Assembly: GCF_037042905.1 (NCBI RefSeq)
Contig: NC_087245.1
Location: forward strand, 12,960,001 to 13,024,000
Direction of reading: 5' to 3'
DNA from: Lytechinus pictus
Taxonomy: Eukaryota
DNA: 64,000 bases
The position numbers and the translations under genes are program-made. The notes under the pieces were generated by a model, which saw only the letters and a program-made list of their open reading frames with translations, searched no databases and was not told where the DNA came from. Below, piece by piece: positions 49,322 through 62,500 of this stretch (position 1 is its first letter; the number at the start of each line of letters is the position of its first letter).

Positions 49322-50024
49322 GTGAGTTAATTGCATCGAGACTAGATATATATGACCTAAAATTTTATGTGGGATATATGTCCGTAGACGATACAACTTA
49401 TAAAAAGTGATTTCTCGATTGGTGTTCGAACCGAACATCTGGAAGTGGAACTATAGTATGAATAGTCCCACGTGTAAATAATGGTGTGACGGCCTACCCT
49501 TTTTAAAAAAGTTTTTCGACAACACCCGGACAAGTTAGATCTAACGTTAGTCATATCTTTATCCACCAACCACGGAGTTAGTTCCAATCTTTCTAAACCT
49601 GTTTCACGAAGGGCTTCCTAACTAGAATCCCTTGATATTGATAATATCAGTAGAAAGAGCAGACGAGACGTAGCCAGGGAGGCAGCCACTCACACAACAT
49701 GCGAGGTACTAACCTTGCACAACACATGTGATTTCATAGTGCATTTTGACGTTTTCATTCATCACACGAATGTGAGGGACTAAACTACGCCAAGCCTTTC
49801 AATATTTGTCCACTATGTTAATCTTGATCGTATGATTTAAGTATAGGCCTATTTGAAAAAGGAATTATAAATTATTTATTAAGGTGTTTTTATCGCTTAC
49901 CTCCAAATCTCAACCAGGATACTTCGTTCGATCCGTCCTTGGTCATCCTCATACTGCGGTGGAAATTACGCAAACAACAATCGAAATGCGAAATTTTCCT
50001 ATCGAACATTCTCGATTCAAGTAG

Positions 50025-50375
50025 TAGGGGAGGGAGAAAGGAAAGAAAAGAAGGGAAAGGAAAAAGCGAGAAAGGGAACGGAGGGGGCGGGAAAGGAAAG
50101 GAGAGACAAGAAAAGACAGATCAGGGGAGGGGGAAAGGTAAAGGAGAGAGAGGGAAAAGGAGACCATAAAATAGAAAGAAAACAAAAGAAAGGAAGAGGG
50201 GAAGGGAGAGGGAAAGAAAAATGGAAAGAGCGAGAAAAGAGTAGGGGAGGGAGAAAGGAAATAAAAGAAGGGAAAGGAAAAGCGAAAAAGGGAAGGGAAA
50301 GGGAGAGAAGAAAAGAAGGGAGAACGAAAATGGGGAAAGGGAGAAGGAGAGGGGATGATGAAGGGGATAGGAAAA
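50025..50375. repeat. Purine-rich (GA) low-complexity tract
   Basis: Nearly pure A/G sequence. It explains the spurious low-complexity ORFs at 49939-50543. Confidence 0.9.
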
Positions 50376-51210
50376 TGTCAAGTTTGAAGATCTGAATATT
50401 AACACTAAAACAAAATTAGACTCCCATGTTTTATTTATAAAAATACCATCTTTTTCATGATTATAAAGGTTCAACGTCCCTGTTCTAGGTCTAAACTTTA
50501 ACATAAATCTACTGGCGCTTCGCGCTTGAATTCTGGAGGTCATTCCTCTTTTAAAAGTATAGGTAATCTGTCGGACTTTTCAAATCCCAAATTTAAATCT
50601 TAAGCGCAAATGCCCTCGCATTATTTTTCATTTAGATACAAGTCCTGTCATCAATATAAAAAACTCTAAGCGCGAGCTTCACGCTGGCATCATTTTTGTA
50701 AGTGACATTTATGATGTTGTTCATATTTTAAAAATGTCCATTTGTTGAGGTTTAAATGTCCAAAAGTTCAGCGCTCGCATAATTTGTAAGGTAAATAGGC
50801 CTACCCTTTTAATTGTTATACAAAGGCGCTTATACAACGTCCAGAATGCAGTTCGGAATATTGAAAATAACTATTGGTCCCGCTATTTCTGCCCTTGCGA
50901 CAAGCATTTATCATTTTGAATCATGAGATTCACCTTTAAAATATGATGAAAAAGTATCGTTAAGACTGAATTAAGAAAAAAAGAAGCTCACGTTTCACGC
51001 TCGCATTTTGATCCGTTAGCTTGTGATAATGATGGTGACTTCGTTAATATATCTTAGCGGACATGTCTACCTTTTGGTGCTTCAAGAAAAATAAACACAA
51101 CACACAAATAATAGAAAACGAACAAGAATAGAATAGATAGTTACCTATTCCACTCATGAATTCTTATTTAACAGTCCCCAAAACGTTTTTTTTTCGTGTT
51201 AGCTTATTTC

Positions 51211-51249
<39 letters not shown>
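51211..51249. repeat. (TA)n microsatellite
   Basis: ATATATAT run, with a second shorter run at ~51305-51323. Confidence 0.9.
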
Positions 51250-51253
<4 letters not shown>

Positions 51254-51974
51254 TTGATTTAAGCTACGCCTACCATTGTTCTCTTCATCCATTTCTTTCA
51301 CACAATATATATATATATATATAGGTCTCCTCATCATGGTTATAAAAAGTGCTCAGAATGTTTTATTTTCAAGTCCTTGTATCAGAATTTTCAGCTCGGG
51401 CAGCTCTATCGCACTTTGATTACTATCCTGTTGATTTATTTACTTGAACAAAATATTTAAAATGTCCAGCCTTTAGAACAGATATCAAAAAAAGGTATTC
51501 ACCTTTGATCATAGATGAGGAAGAAGAAAAAAGTGCAAAAAAATAGGAAACAAACTAACGAATTAATGTGACATAATTTTTCTTCATTTCAAGGCGACTC
51601 TTTACATTTCATCATCGCTGATGGCGCTACAATCGCTTGACAGCAAAAAAAAGCACAGAAAGAGGAAAATAATGCTGAGCGTCTAAAATGCAGCTAGCAG
51701 TACAAGCTGCAGAACCGTAAACAAACATCTTGTGAATAATATCGCGCGCCCTCTTTAAGCAAAAGTTTACAACCACGATGACCCTGCGGTATCTACGTGA
51801 AGATCACGAGAAAATGCTTTTTTTTTCTTAAAAACACACCAAAGAGAAGACAAGAAACGATCCATATGGTTCGGTAAGTGTCATAGCACAATTAGAAACA
51901 TTATTTTAAAAGGAATGGCATAGTTATTTTAGTAAAAAGGGTGTGAAAAATTCGCGTGCACCATGTGCATATGA

Positions 51975-52399
51975 ATCCTTCGCACGCGAAGGGCTGATGA
52001 TGTCACATCCCCACTTGTTCTTTTGTATTTTATTATATGAAATTAGGTTTATTCAAATTTTTTTCTCCAAGAACGAGAAAACTTGGATCTACTACTGATT
52101 CAGTGCATTACATATTTATTGCTGCAACTTATTTCATTATAAGGGAGACATTTTATTCACACAAGTATGAAATAATGAAAAAAATATTATTTTATGTAAT
52201 AACATGAGAAAATGGAAAGTGGGGATGTGACATCACCTAATGAATCTTCATGATGACTGTTTTCACAAAATATTGCTAAAATTTAAACTTCAATAACTTT
52301 ATTATTTGTTATCCGATTTTGATGTACATTTCGGTATTTTGCTCAGTGAATTCTACTCTATGTATTAAGATATAAATATTTTCAGCCTGGACCATCCCT
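51975..52399. mobile_element. Truncated Kolobok-type MITE
   Basis: Inner inverted repeat TGATGTCACATCCCCACTT / AAGTGGGGATGTGACATCA and a right end GACCATCCCT|TTAA. The left end is not clear. Confidence 0.6.
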
Positions 52400-52580
52400 T
52401 TAAGAGCCAAATTATATGATGATTTATAGCTGTAATGGAATCCGACAGTGTCAAACAATTAAGCATTTGCTCCAAAGGAAAAGAGAAAATAAGCCAAACA
52501 TTGCCAACCTTATTTTGCCACATATGGAGTACTAAGTGAAAACAAGGTTATATCATAACCTTGTTCATTGAATGAGTGAA

Positions 52581-54236
52581 CCGGGGGGGGGGGGGGGGGG
52601 GGGGGGCACTCAGTATATAATGCATAGTAGGTATGAGCCACGGAGGGGATCCCCATTTTCACACTCAAATTTCCGTTCCAAGGCATAGCATTTTTGTCTT
52701 ATTGAGAAAAAGAACAAAGAAAGCCGCTCCAAAGCATAGCATTTTCTTATTGGTGGTGATTTTTTTTTTACCTGATTGCTAAGAAAGCATGAATGCTTGT
52801 AAGCAAGCAACCAACTTATCGAGACAAAAGAAGAAAGAAATCCGCTCCAAAGCTTCGCATATTTTCCGTCCGCATTGATCTGCTACAATAAGCCGCAATT
52901 TTGTCTCACCTGCATAGCAGAGTGAGACTATAGGCACCGCTTTTCCGACAACAGCGGTTGGGGTGGCGACGGCGGTGGCGGCAGCATCAACACCAAATCT
53001 TAACCTAAGGTTAAGTTTTTGAAATGACAGCATAACTTAGATAGTTTATGGACCTAGTTCATGAAACTTGGCCATAGGGTTAATCAAGTATTACTGAACA
53101 TTCTACCTCAGTATCAGGTCACATGATCAAGGTCAAAGGTCATTTAGGGTCAATGAACTTAGACCATGTTGGGGGAATCAACATCAAAATCTTAACCTAA
53201 GGTTAAGTTTTTGAAATGTCATCCATCATAACTTATAAAATATATGGACCTAGTTCATGAAACTTGGACATAAAGTTAATCAAGTATTACTGAATATCCT
53301 GCTTGAGTTTTACGTCAAATGATCAAGGTCAAAGGTTATTTAGGGTCAATGAACTTTGGCCGAATTGGGGGTATTTGTTGAATTATCATAACTTTAAAAG
53401 TTTATGGATCTGATTCATAAAACTTGGACATAAGAGTAATCAAGTATCACTGAACATCCTGTGTGAATTTCAGGTCACATGACCAATGTCAAAGGTCAAT
53501 GAACTTTGGCCAAATTGGGGGTACCTGTTGAATTACCATCATAACATTGAAAGTTTATGGATCTGATTCATGAAACTTGGCGATAAGAGTAATCAAGTAT
53601 CTTTGAACATCCCGTCCGAGTTTCAGGTCACATGACCAAGGTCAATGAACTTTGGCCATGTGGGGGGTATTTGTTGAATTAACATCATATCTCTATAAGT
53701 GTATTGGTCTAGTTCATAAAACGTGGACATAAGAGTAACCAAGTATCACTGAACATCTTGTGCGAGTTTCAGGTCACATGACCAAAGTCAAAGGTCATTG
53801 AACTTTGGCCATTATAGAGGTAATTATTAGATTGCTGTCATAACTCTCAAAGTTTATAGATATAGTTTATAAAATGTGGATATAGGGGTAATCAAGTATC
53901 ACAGACAAATTTTAGGTCACATCAAGATCAAGGTCAAATGTCAATGAACATAGTATTGTATCATTATATGAATGGTGTTTTTCACTTGTTGGTGAAATTC
54001 GGCCGCAGAGCGCTGTCCGACCATCGCCTCTGCGCTAGCGCACCCGGCGCCTGTGCTGCCAGGCTAGCTGCATGCACGTTCCATAGGGAAGCAAACGCAC
54101 TCACACACAGGCGAACCGTTCCAAGGACCCCGTTTTCACAAACACTTGTAGTTACGTAGCCCGTTCCGAGGACCCTCCTTTTTACAATAAGCCCGCTCCA
54201 AGGCCCCCGTTTTTTGTCTCGCCCGGCACATACCTA
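52581..54236. mobile_element. CCGGG/poly-G-terminal TIR element interrupted by a Helentron-like insertion
   Basis: Left end CCGG(G)nCACTCAGTATATAATGCATAGTAGGTATGAGCC; partial right end GGCACATACCTAC. CCGTTCCAAGG sub-repeats on both sides of the insertion. Confidence 0.65.
52899..53990 (+). mobile_element. Helentron-associated (DINE-1/HINE-like) element, family copy 1
   Basis: Starts TTTTGTCTCACCTGCATAGCAGAGTGAGAC, has a GGC microsatellite and ~150-190-bp tandem units with CAAGGTCAAAGGTCA, and ends CACTTGTT. Inserted at a TT site with no TSD. Confidence 0.8.
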
Positions 54237-55700
54237 CAGTGTACTACTACTAGCCACAAAACACGATCTCACCCCCACTTCGCTAATATTATAGCGAAGT
54301 GAGGTGAGATCGTGACAATCCAAACATTGTGACTGCACTAGACTCCATTCGATCGAATCGAAAACATCACAAGTGCAACTAATGTAGAAGGCAGCTATCA
54401 CACAGCCTAGCCGTGTGTTGCTGCCCTCTACGTTCGAAGATGTAAACACTATCAAAATGGCGGATAGGCGAAAGGCGTTGACTGCTCAGAAAAGCCCTAA
54501 AATTATCGATAAAACTTCATCCAACCCGAAAATAATGCTAACGTGAAAGGTGAGGATGTATTTATGCTAAATATGTTTGTTAAAAGATGCTATGTAGTCA
54601 TTTACATCCGATGAACGCGGATTTTAAAGCATTCTTGGTACATTGGCAGATACAAATTTTGACCAACGCGAGTACGTGGCATCGCTATAATGCATAAAAA
54701 AATGCGTATTGATTATGTTCTTTTGTCGATAGAATTTTCTCAACGATAACAGCCCTAATTAGTTGTTTCAAAGGCAGCACTGCTGTTATATCAAATTGCG
54801 TAATGCAGGCGAGATTGCCAGAGGCGTTCCACTTGTTAAAGTTATTGCAGTTATTGGTGTCTATATTTTATCAAACAATCATACATGTAGGAATTGCACA
54901 TACATGTACAATGAATTTAGACAGAGTTATAAAATACGGACGGGCTGAATTAAGGTTGAATTAAGAGTGTATTAATTGTATTAGCGCCACCATCGAGCTT
55001 CCTTTTATTTCCGTGGAAGAGACATGCAAAGCCACTTTTCAGGCCAAGGTAAGCGATTTTGCTCCTTTTATGTCAAACTATAATGTAAAAAATAAAAAAC
55101 AGATGAGATTGCCAGTCGCCGAAAAGAGCCCCGGTGAGTAGCAGAACGAATTTCGGCAAACATTCCTGTTATGAAGCGATGTTAACCGACTACTCAAAAA
55201 TCCATCATGTAATCACGTTCGTAGTGCGATGTTAGTATAGCATACTAACCTCGCAATACGTGTGAGTGGTCATATACCCACTCTAGGCAACATCGGTATT
55301 TGTATAGTCTAGTGTTGAGAAAGGGAGTCCAAACGGGTGTGCGCTTAACTCGTTTAATGCAAATCAAGTCCTCTAAATTACGACCTAAGTTTAGGTCTAA
55401 CATTTTCTTGAATTTCTAAGCTATGAATTCTAATGTACAATCAGTACTCACTGGTTCTTTTGTTGATTTTTCCCCACTTTCGAAATTGGCCGAACTCTTG
55501 TGACAAGCCTTGTTTCGGTAGACAGCTACACGTTCTTCTTTGTTTATAAATAGAGTGCCCTTTACGGTAGTAACGACGCGGCAAAATCATTTTGTTAATC
55601 CATCACCTTTCAAAAACTGAGCCATCAATTCATGATTCCAAGGTTTTTTTTTAATGAAAAAAAAGGAAAATTGGGATCTGGCTAGTCTAATCCAGTTACA

Positions 55701-56802
55701 TTTTTGTCTCACCTGCATAGCAGAGTGAGACTATAGGTGCCGCTTTTCCGATGGCGACGGCGGCGGCGTCAACACCAAATCTTAACCGAAGGTTAAGTCT
55801 TTGAAATGACAGCATAACTTAAAAAGAATATGGACCTAGTTCATGAAACTTGGCCATAAGGTAATCAAGTATTACTGAAAATGCTGCCTGAGTTTCATGT
55901 CACATGACCAAGGTCAAAGGTCATTTAGGGTCAATGAACTTAGACCATGTTGGGGAATCAACATCAAAATCTTAACCTAAGGTTAAGTTTTTGAAATGTC
56001 ATCATAACTTAGAAAAAATATATGGACCTAGTTCATGAAACTTAGACATAAGGTTAATCAAGTATCACTGAACATCCTGCATGAGTTTCACGTCACTTGA
56101 CCAAGGTCAAAGGTAATTTAGGGTCAATGAACTTTGGCCGAATTGGGGGTATCTGTTGAATTACCATCATAACTTTGAAGGTTTATGGATCTGATTCATG
56201 AAACTTGGACATAATAGTAATCAAGTATCACTGAACATTGCAAGTTTCAGGTCACATGATCAAGGTCAAAGGTCATTTAGGGTCAATGAACTTCGGCAAA
56301 ATTGGGGGTATTTGTTGAATTACCATCATAACTTTGAAAGTATGTTGGTCTAGTTCATAAAACTTGGACATAAGAGTAATCAAGTATCACTGAACATCAT
56401 GTGCGCATTTTAGGTCACATGACCAAGGTCAAAGGTAAATGAACTTTGGCCATAATGGGGGTATCTGTTGAATTACCATCATAACTTTGAAAGTTTATGG
56501 ATCTGACTCATGAAACTTGGACAAAAGAGTAATCAAGTATCACTAAACATCCTGTGCGAGTTTCAGGTCACATGATCAAGGTCAAAGGTCATGTAAGGTC
56601 AATGAACTTTGGCCACGTTGGGGGTATTTGTTGAATTACCATCATATTTCTGTAAGTGTATTGGTCTAGTTCATAAAACATGGAAATAAGAGTAACCAAA
56701 TATCACTGAACATCTGCGAGTTATAGTAGTTTTCAAAGTCAGCACTGCTGCTATATTGAATCGCGTGATGCAGGTGAGACCACCAGAGGCATTCCACTTG
56801 TT
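55701..56802 (+). mobile_element. Helentron-associated (DINE-1/HINE-like) element, family copy 2 (complete)
   Basis: Sub-TIRs GTCTCACCTGCAT / ATGCAGGTGAGAC, internal tandem repeats and a 3' end CCACTTGTT. An orphan 3' end of this family lies at ~54760-54837, with decayed pieces at ~22300-22560. Confidence 0.85.
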
Positions 56803-56883
56803 GTTATTAAAATCGATGGATGTATTTATCACTTCATTCATCAATTTACTGATTTATTAAATTTGTATATATTTATGTTTCAG

Positions 56884-56948
56884 AATCGTATTAGATGTGC
56901 AGAATGGTTTGAGTCGTGTGGAACAAGCAAGGAGAGAGGATGCGCATT
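56884..56948 (+). CDS. GOSR2: GOSR2/membrin exon 2 (65 nt, IVLDVQNGLSRVEQARREDAH)
   Basis: TTTCAG| acceptor and |GTAAGT donor. In frame with exons 1 and 3. Confidence 0.9.
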
Positions 56949-57380
56949 GTAAGTTGATTTTTAAGATCTTATCAAAGGGAAATCCAATCTTAGTATTACG
57001 ATGGTATTGTGTGTAAAATAAAGGAAAGCCGAATGGTTAAAGTGTGAAAGAAATCTGACCATGAATTAGAGATTTAATGGCTGTTTTAAAAAGGAGATAA
57101 CTCAGAATATGTAAATCTCAAATGAGCATTGCAGTCAGAAAAGTATTTCATCAGGATGTTTGTTTTTTCTCCCGAGTTCTTTACCAAAGAAAGGAGGAAA
57201 CAATGTCTGTACCTGCTTTCAAATATGCCACTGTGTTGACTGAAAGTAATAGCAATCTTTGGTGATTTCTTTGTTTTTATACATTGGCCTATAGTTTCAG
57301 AATTCTAAAAGTATATTTTGTCAAATTGAATGACTTTTATGTAATTTTGTTAGAGACCATTTTGGTGCTGTCAGATGATA

Positions 57381-57930
57381 TGAGGGGTGACTGAAAAGTT
57401 TTGAGTTTGAGCCCATAATAGATAGGGAGATGGAAACCAAATTTGGGCCTTAAAATCTTTGGTCACAGCAGTAAATAGTCTTATTTTACAGGTTCCTATT
57501 TTTTCTGTATCATGTGTCTCATGAAAAATGGACAAACCTGAGTATCGAGTTGTCATCAAATTTCTGCAGCTGAAAGGCATGACCCCAGCTGAGACTTGGC
57601 ACCCTTTGCAGGTAACCCATCCAATTTCTTGGAATGAGTTGTGAGTGACTATGGATGAGATTTGGGTTTATCACTATCAGCCTGAGATCAAGGAACAGTC
57701 AAAACAGTGGAAGCATCCCATGTCATCAACCCCAAAGGAGGCCAACTCAAGTTCATCAGTTTTTCATTAGACACTATGATATAAGAAGTTGTAAAGTCAG
57801 ACTAAATATTGCTGTGGCCAAGAAATTTTGTGAGTATGATTAAGAAATGTGAAAGATTTCATGGACCAAATTTGGTCTTCATATCTTAATCCTTTCTGCA
57901 CGAGGATCATAACTTTTCAGTCTCCCCTCG
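57381..57930 (+). mobile_element. Internally deleted mariner transposon in GOSR2 intron 2
   Basis: TA|TGAGGGGTGACTGAAAAGTT ... AACTTTTCAGTCTCCCCTCG|TA. Transposase remnants MDKPEYRVVIKFLQLKGMTPAE (from 57528) and VTMDEIWVYHYQPEIKEQSKQWKH (first catalytic Asp region). Confidence 0.92.
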
Positions 57931-58023
57931 TATCATGGTTATGAAATTTGTAAGAAATGTGGCTTTTTAATAAGTTAATATAATGGGTAAAGAAAAGCTG
58001 AATATCAATCATTTATTTTCCAG

Positions 58024-58132
58024 TGGTTGAGAATGAGATCAACGCAAGGTTGGATAAGCTAGCCTCTAATTGTGAGACGTTGGACATTCTTGTTAACAAA
58101 GAACCAGTATCAAGGCGGCAAAATGCAAAACT
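58024..58132 (+). CDS. GOSR2: GOSR2/membrin exon 3 (109 nt, LVENEINARLDKLASNCETLDILVNKEPVSRRQNAKL)
   Basis: TTTTCCAG| acceptor and |GTGAGT donor. VENEI...L.IL..KEP..RQNA.L is the characteristic GOSR2 Habc-region sequence. Confidence 0.95.
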
Positions 58133-59161
58133 GTGAGTATCTCTTCTTCCCTTTTTTATTCGTTTTTAACTGTATATTACATGTAGCTTTGGTAGTGAAG
58201 TAATATGTTGCCTTGATCTGACGTGCACAATTTCGAAGGCAAGTTTACCATAAAATGGTATTATCAACTTTACTGAAGAAAGTTACCCATACCACTCATG
58301 TGCTTATAAATAGGTGTTGCCAATCACCCAGGATGGAAAGAAAAGAATTGTGACAAATAATATACATGTAATGTGATGTATATTTCACACATTGCCTCTT
58401 TTTTATTAAGTCGTTGTCTCACTCGAGTTAGCAAAAAATACCAATCTTGGGTGCAGAATCGCTTTTGCTGTGACAGCGAGTAGGCTGGTATTTAATTACA
58501 GTTACATGTATGTCCAGTGCTTTTCACAATGCTTGGGTCAGCAAATTACCCTCTCTCTGTGAATGCTTTAAAGGATAGATTGAGTTAACTCGTGAGAAAA
58601 ACCAGGGACATATCAGTTGCTCCTGTGACAATGGCTTCTGTCTTAATCTCTCGGAAGGCTTTGGTTTTTGGATAGGGTTATGATAGAGTGTGTTTATTTA
58701 GGGTACTTAGCTTACCTGTATCCTCGATAAAAACATTACTGTGACTTGATACATATAGTGTACGAAATTTAACTCCCACAGCAACATCCGTAACTTGAAT
58801 TGTATTTTTAAATCTGGCTTACATGTATGTATGATTAGGCCTATGTACAATGCATATTTTTTATTCAAGCAAGTTGCTGGAGATAATTTCATTGACCTGG
58901 TGAAATGCAGGCTACGAAAAATAGCATTGGCTGACAGGTTGTTCGATCTCAGGAGTGGTAATTAAATAAGAAAAATGAAAAAAGTTTCTACTAATAAGCA
59001 CTTTTTCAAAGGAAGTATTTTTTTTTCAAGATCAAGCAGTATCCTGTTACCCCATCGATGTTACACGTAAGTGGACACCAAAGTTGTTGACAGTACAATG
59101 TTTGTATCTTTCTATATGTCTAGTATTGTATTATTTGATTCTGAAAATGTTTTTTAAACAG

Positions 59162-59294
59162 AAAAGTTGACCAGCTAAAGTATGATTGTCAGCACCTGAA
59201 TGCTGCCCTCCGTCAGATAAAGCACAGACGACATCAAAGAGAACAAGAGGAAAGGGATAGAGAAGACCTTCTCACACGTCGATTCACTGCCAAC
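59162..59294 (+). CDS. GOSR2: GOSR2/membrin exon 4 (133 nt, [44 protein letters not shown])
   Basis: TTTTTTAAACAG| acceptor and |GTAAGT donor. Contains the VDQLKYD.QHL and RE.LL.R.FT.N motifs of GOSR2. Cumulative CDS reaches 336 nt, phase 0. Confidence 0.96.
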
Positions 59295-59360
59295 GTAAGT
59301 CATTACTGCTGAGTGATGAGTTGACAAGGCCCAGGAAGAAGGGGGGTAGGCACTTGGTTC

Positions 59361-59536
59361 CATGACAATTGCTCTGCTGTAAATTCCACACTCTAATGGA
59401 ATGACAAACTTCAACAATGTATTTAACACTATGCCCTACCCTAAACCTAACATAAAACTATTGCTACCTATAACCCTAACCCAATATCTTAGATGAAATA
59501 AGGCCCGAACCAATTGTCATTGGAGCAAATGTCATG
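59361..59536. mobile_element. Short element with CATGACAATTGCTC / GAGCAAATGTCATG inverted ends and internal CCCTAACC-like motifs
   Basis: 14-bp imperfect inverted repeat flanking CCCTAAACCTAAC and CCCTAACCC motifs. Confidence 0.55.
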
Positions 59537-62500
59537 TCATCAGGCGCTCAAATATATTGCATTACACTTGTGCATCCCTTGACACATTTTTTTAATTGTT
59601 CAAAGTAATGTTTGTGCATGTAAACAGCACCATAGTAACATACAGGTACCCCTCCCCAAGTACATGTAGTCTGTTGTGCAAACCATGTGCAGCCTACTCA
59701 TGCCTTGTGTACTGAAGGCCCTCTCAGCAAGTTTTGTATGTGCTAGTCTTTGCATGGAGACACACGTGCTGATCAAAGTTGCAATCAGGGTCTGTGCCTG
59801 CAGACTAAAATGCATGTAAGTAGGTTTATTACATTTGTCAATCTTTCTTAACCCATTTAGAGATGGAGTCTACATGTAGACTGGGTTCTATTGAAAGTGT
59901 ATAGATTACCGCCGAACAAACATCCTTTGCATGAAATTAGCAGGGTTTTGCTGATTGTTTCTTTTAATCGGGCTAAAGATATTTTCTCTTGCGTCCACTC
60001 AAAGAATAACTTTTAATAGAACGTATGCATTGATGTCATCGCGCCGCTATCTTAGAGCCTAAAGCCATTGCCTTGCATGCGTTGGTGATCTGCAGCTGGT
60101 GCATATGTGTCAATGCCATTTACGTGTATTCCTACATCCTCTGAAGGACAGCGCTATGAGATTTTGATGTCATAGGCATAAGGTCTATATTCAACATGCT
60201 TTATTTGTGCTAATGCTCCCATTGATAGATGTAATTCATTCATGTAACTTGCTTTAGTTTGAATGGATGTTTTTTTATTAGTTGCATTGGATAATGCCAA
60301 TTTTTTGAGAGAATCATGCACATTTGGTAAATAGATTTGTCCTTTTTTAATGAAATATCTGATCATGAACATAGTGAACAAAAGTTATAAGCTACTGAAA
60401 TGTCTGCATTTCAGTGGCTTGACTTAAATTTCTGCTGTGAGTGTAATTACAATGAAAAAATATTATTGCTGGGGGGAGGGGGGGTTCAAAGTAGGGGAGC
60501 TGACCATGCAAAAAATTACAATCATATGATTATCCGTTTGGGTGCGACGGGCTTCCACAGAAGCCCAGCGAATTATTCACTTTGTTTGGTTTAATTCGAT
60601 GAAGTTTTTCAGCGTTTTAGTAATTGTTATGTACTAAAACCTCTGCCACTATTTCCATTATAAACCAATTTCGATAACAGAATGAAAAAAGTATATAGCT
60701 ACGTGGAAAAAATCGCGAAAATAGGAAATCATTTCAACTTTACCCAATTTTTTCATTGGAGTCAGACGGGGAGGATGAATTCTGTGACGAGCACGTACGC
60801 GCGCGCAAAGGCCTGATCACGTGATTTGTTCTTTGGATCCGTTCGATTCATATCGTTGTTCGAATAGATACGCTAATATTTTTTCTGCAAGATCGTCACG
60901 TAATAAGCTACGCGTTTATTCACTATTTTCATCTTATTATTTGTTTCATCAGGGAGATTATCACTCTAGAATGATATCTCCTTGGTTTCATTGATTGTAT
61001 TTTCAGAAAAATGACTTGATTGTACAAGAGTAATAATGTCTTGGTACTATGAGCTGATCTCGGTGCACTTTTGAACTTTTTCCCTCCCCATCGTCCGTCT
61101 TCTTCTTATATTGTTGTTATTTTTGTCTTCTATTCTGAAAAAAAGAGAAAAGAAAGCAGTTTAGCACACCATTGATCTTATGCTCTTTTCAAAAGGGAAA
61201 CGTCCACGTAGTTCTTGATATCAGCACTACCCGAACAAAAGAATGTCAGGGCGGCAACTCAAACAAATTCCTTCCGAAAAGAGCAGGATACAGATGGTCA
61301 ACGCCCCAAACAAAAGGAAGATTAGTGTTTATCAGCAGGATGACCTATTGAATGCTTTTCGTACTTAGCAATACAAAAAGCTTTTATGAATACTTTTTTC
61401 ATTTTTTATTTCGACCAACATACCATATCTAAAAAAAAATCTTTGTCTCATTTAGCGACAACACAGGTGCTTATGACATCGTATGAATTTTTACCGTCAG
61501 TGATTCATATTGAATGAAAGTGCTTTCCCTGGGTGATGATGCATATAGGGTTGAAAGAAGAATCATTTGGGGGAAATTATAGAAAAAAAACGTTCAGATG
61601 ACATGGAGAACGAGAGAAAGGCAGAGAGAATGAGAGAAACATAGATTAAAGGGGGAATAGACAGTGCGCTTTTGCATAAATTTTATGAATATCTACTAAA
61701 AAGAATAACATGACTTTATTTTTTTGGTTAGATTACTTTTTAAAAATCCCACAAAGTTTGTTTGTCGCAACTTGGTCCTCAGACCCTTGTCAAACTGATT
61801 ACTTTTTTACTATTCTTGTTTGACCTAGCCCCACCACCCCCCCCCCCCCCCCCCCGATGGAAATGTTCTGACCTGCTCTAATATTGCTTGTTTGTTACTT
61901 TCTCCGATTTACTTTTTTTATAGCGAATAACGCGGTAGAAAAGATAAGAATGAAGACCGACCTGGCCATTTTTTTCCCCCGTTACGACCACACAAAAAAA
62001 ACGCATTTGGGGCGCTTACCATGGTTAGCATCCAAATCAAAATGATCAGGGACATCAATGTTTTTTATGGTGGAGGGATTGAGCTGTGGGACGGGGGTGA
62101 ATCGGCTTAAAAAAATCACAATTTTTTAATTCATGTCATTTTACAGAATGAATGTATAATAGGTTAGGTTTTAGAAGCTCTTCATCTCATTATCACTTCA
62201 AAGGATAAAACCAATAATGAACTATAAGTTTCCTTGCCCGAAATGGAGGAAATAGAATGATATAGGATGAGAAATTACGTTAAGGCACCCCTTAAAAAAA
62301 ACATGTTTGTTTGGCGTGTCCCGACAAACCCCTCTCAATCCTACAGACCTGGATTCTTTTATTCATGTGTGACCTACCCCCTCCCCCTAAAAAAATGTTA
62401 TTTATTTTCCTACTTTTTCACCAATTTCTTTTTTGTTGTACTGTACTATTTAATTGAACGGTTAAAAAGATAGAGGCAAAACAGGATACAAATCTTTCAT

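Noticed and set aside
49939..50543. Lys/Gly/Arg-rich and Phe/Ser/Leu-rich ORFs
   Set aside because: They arise from a GA low-complexity tract in GOSR2 intron 1.
55024..55048. ATG-containing exon as the true GOSR2 exon 1
   Set aside because: It is phase 1 and gives an immediate stop in exon 2. The 49293-49321 exon has the correct phase and sequence similarity.
59430..59485. Interstitial telomeric repeat
   Set aside because: Only isolated CCCTAA-like motifs inside a small inverted-repeat element, with no tandem (TTAGGG)n.
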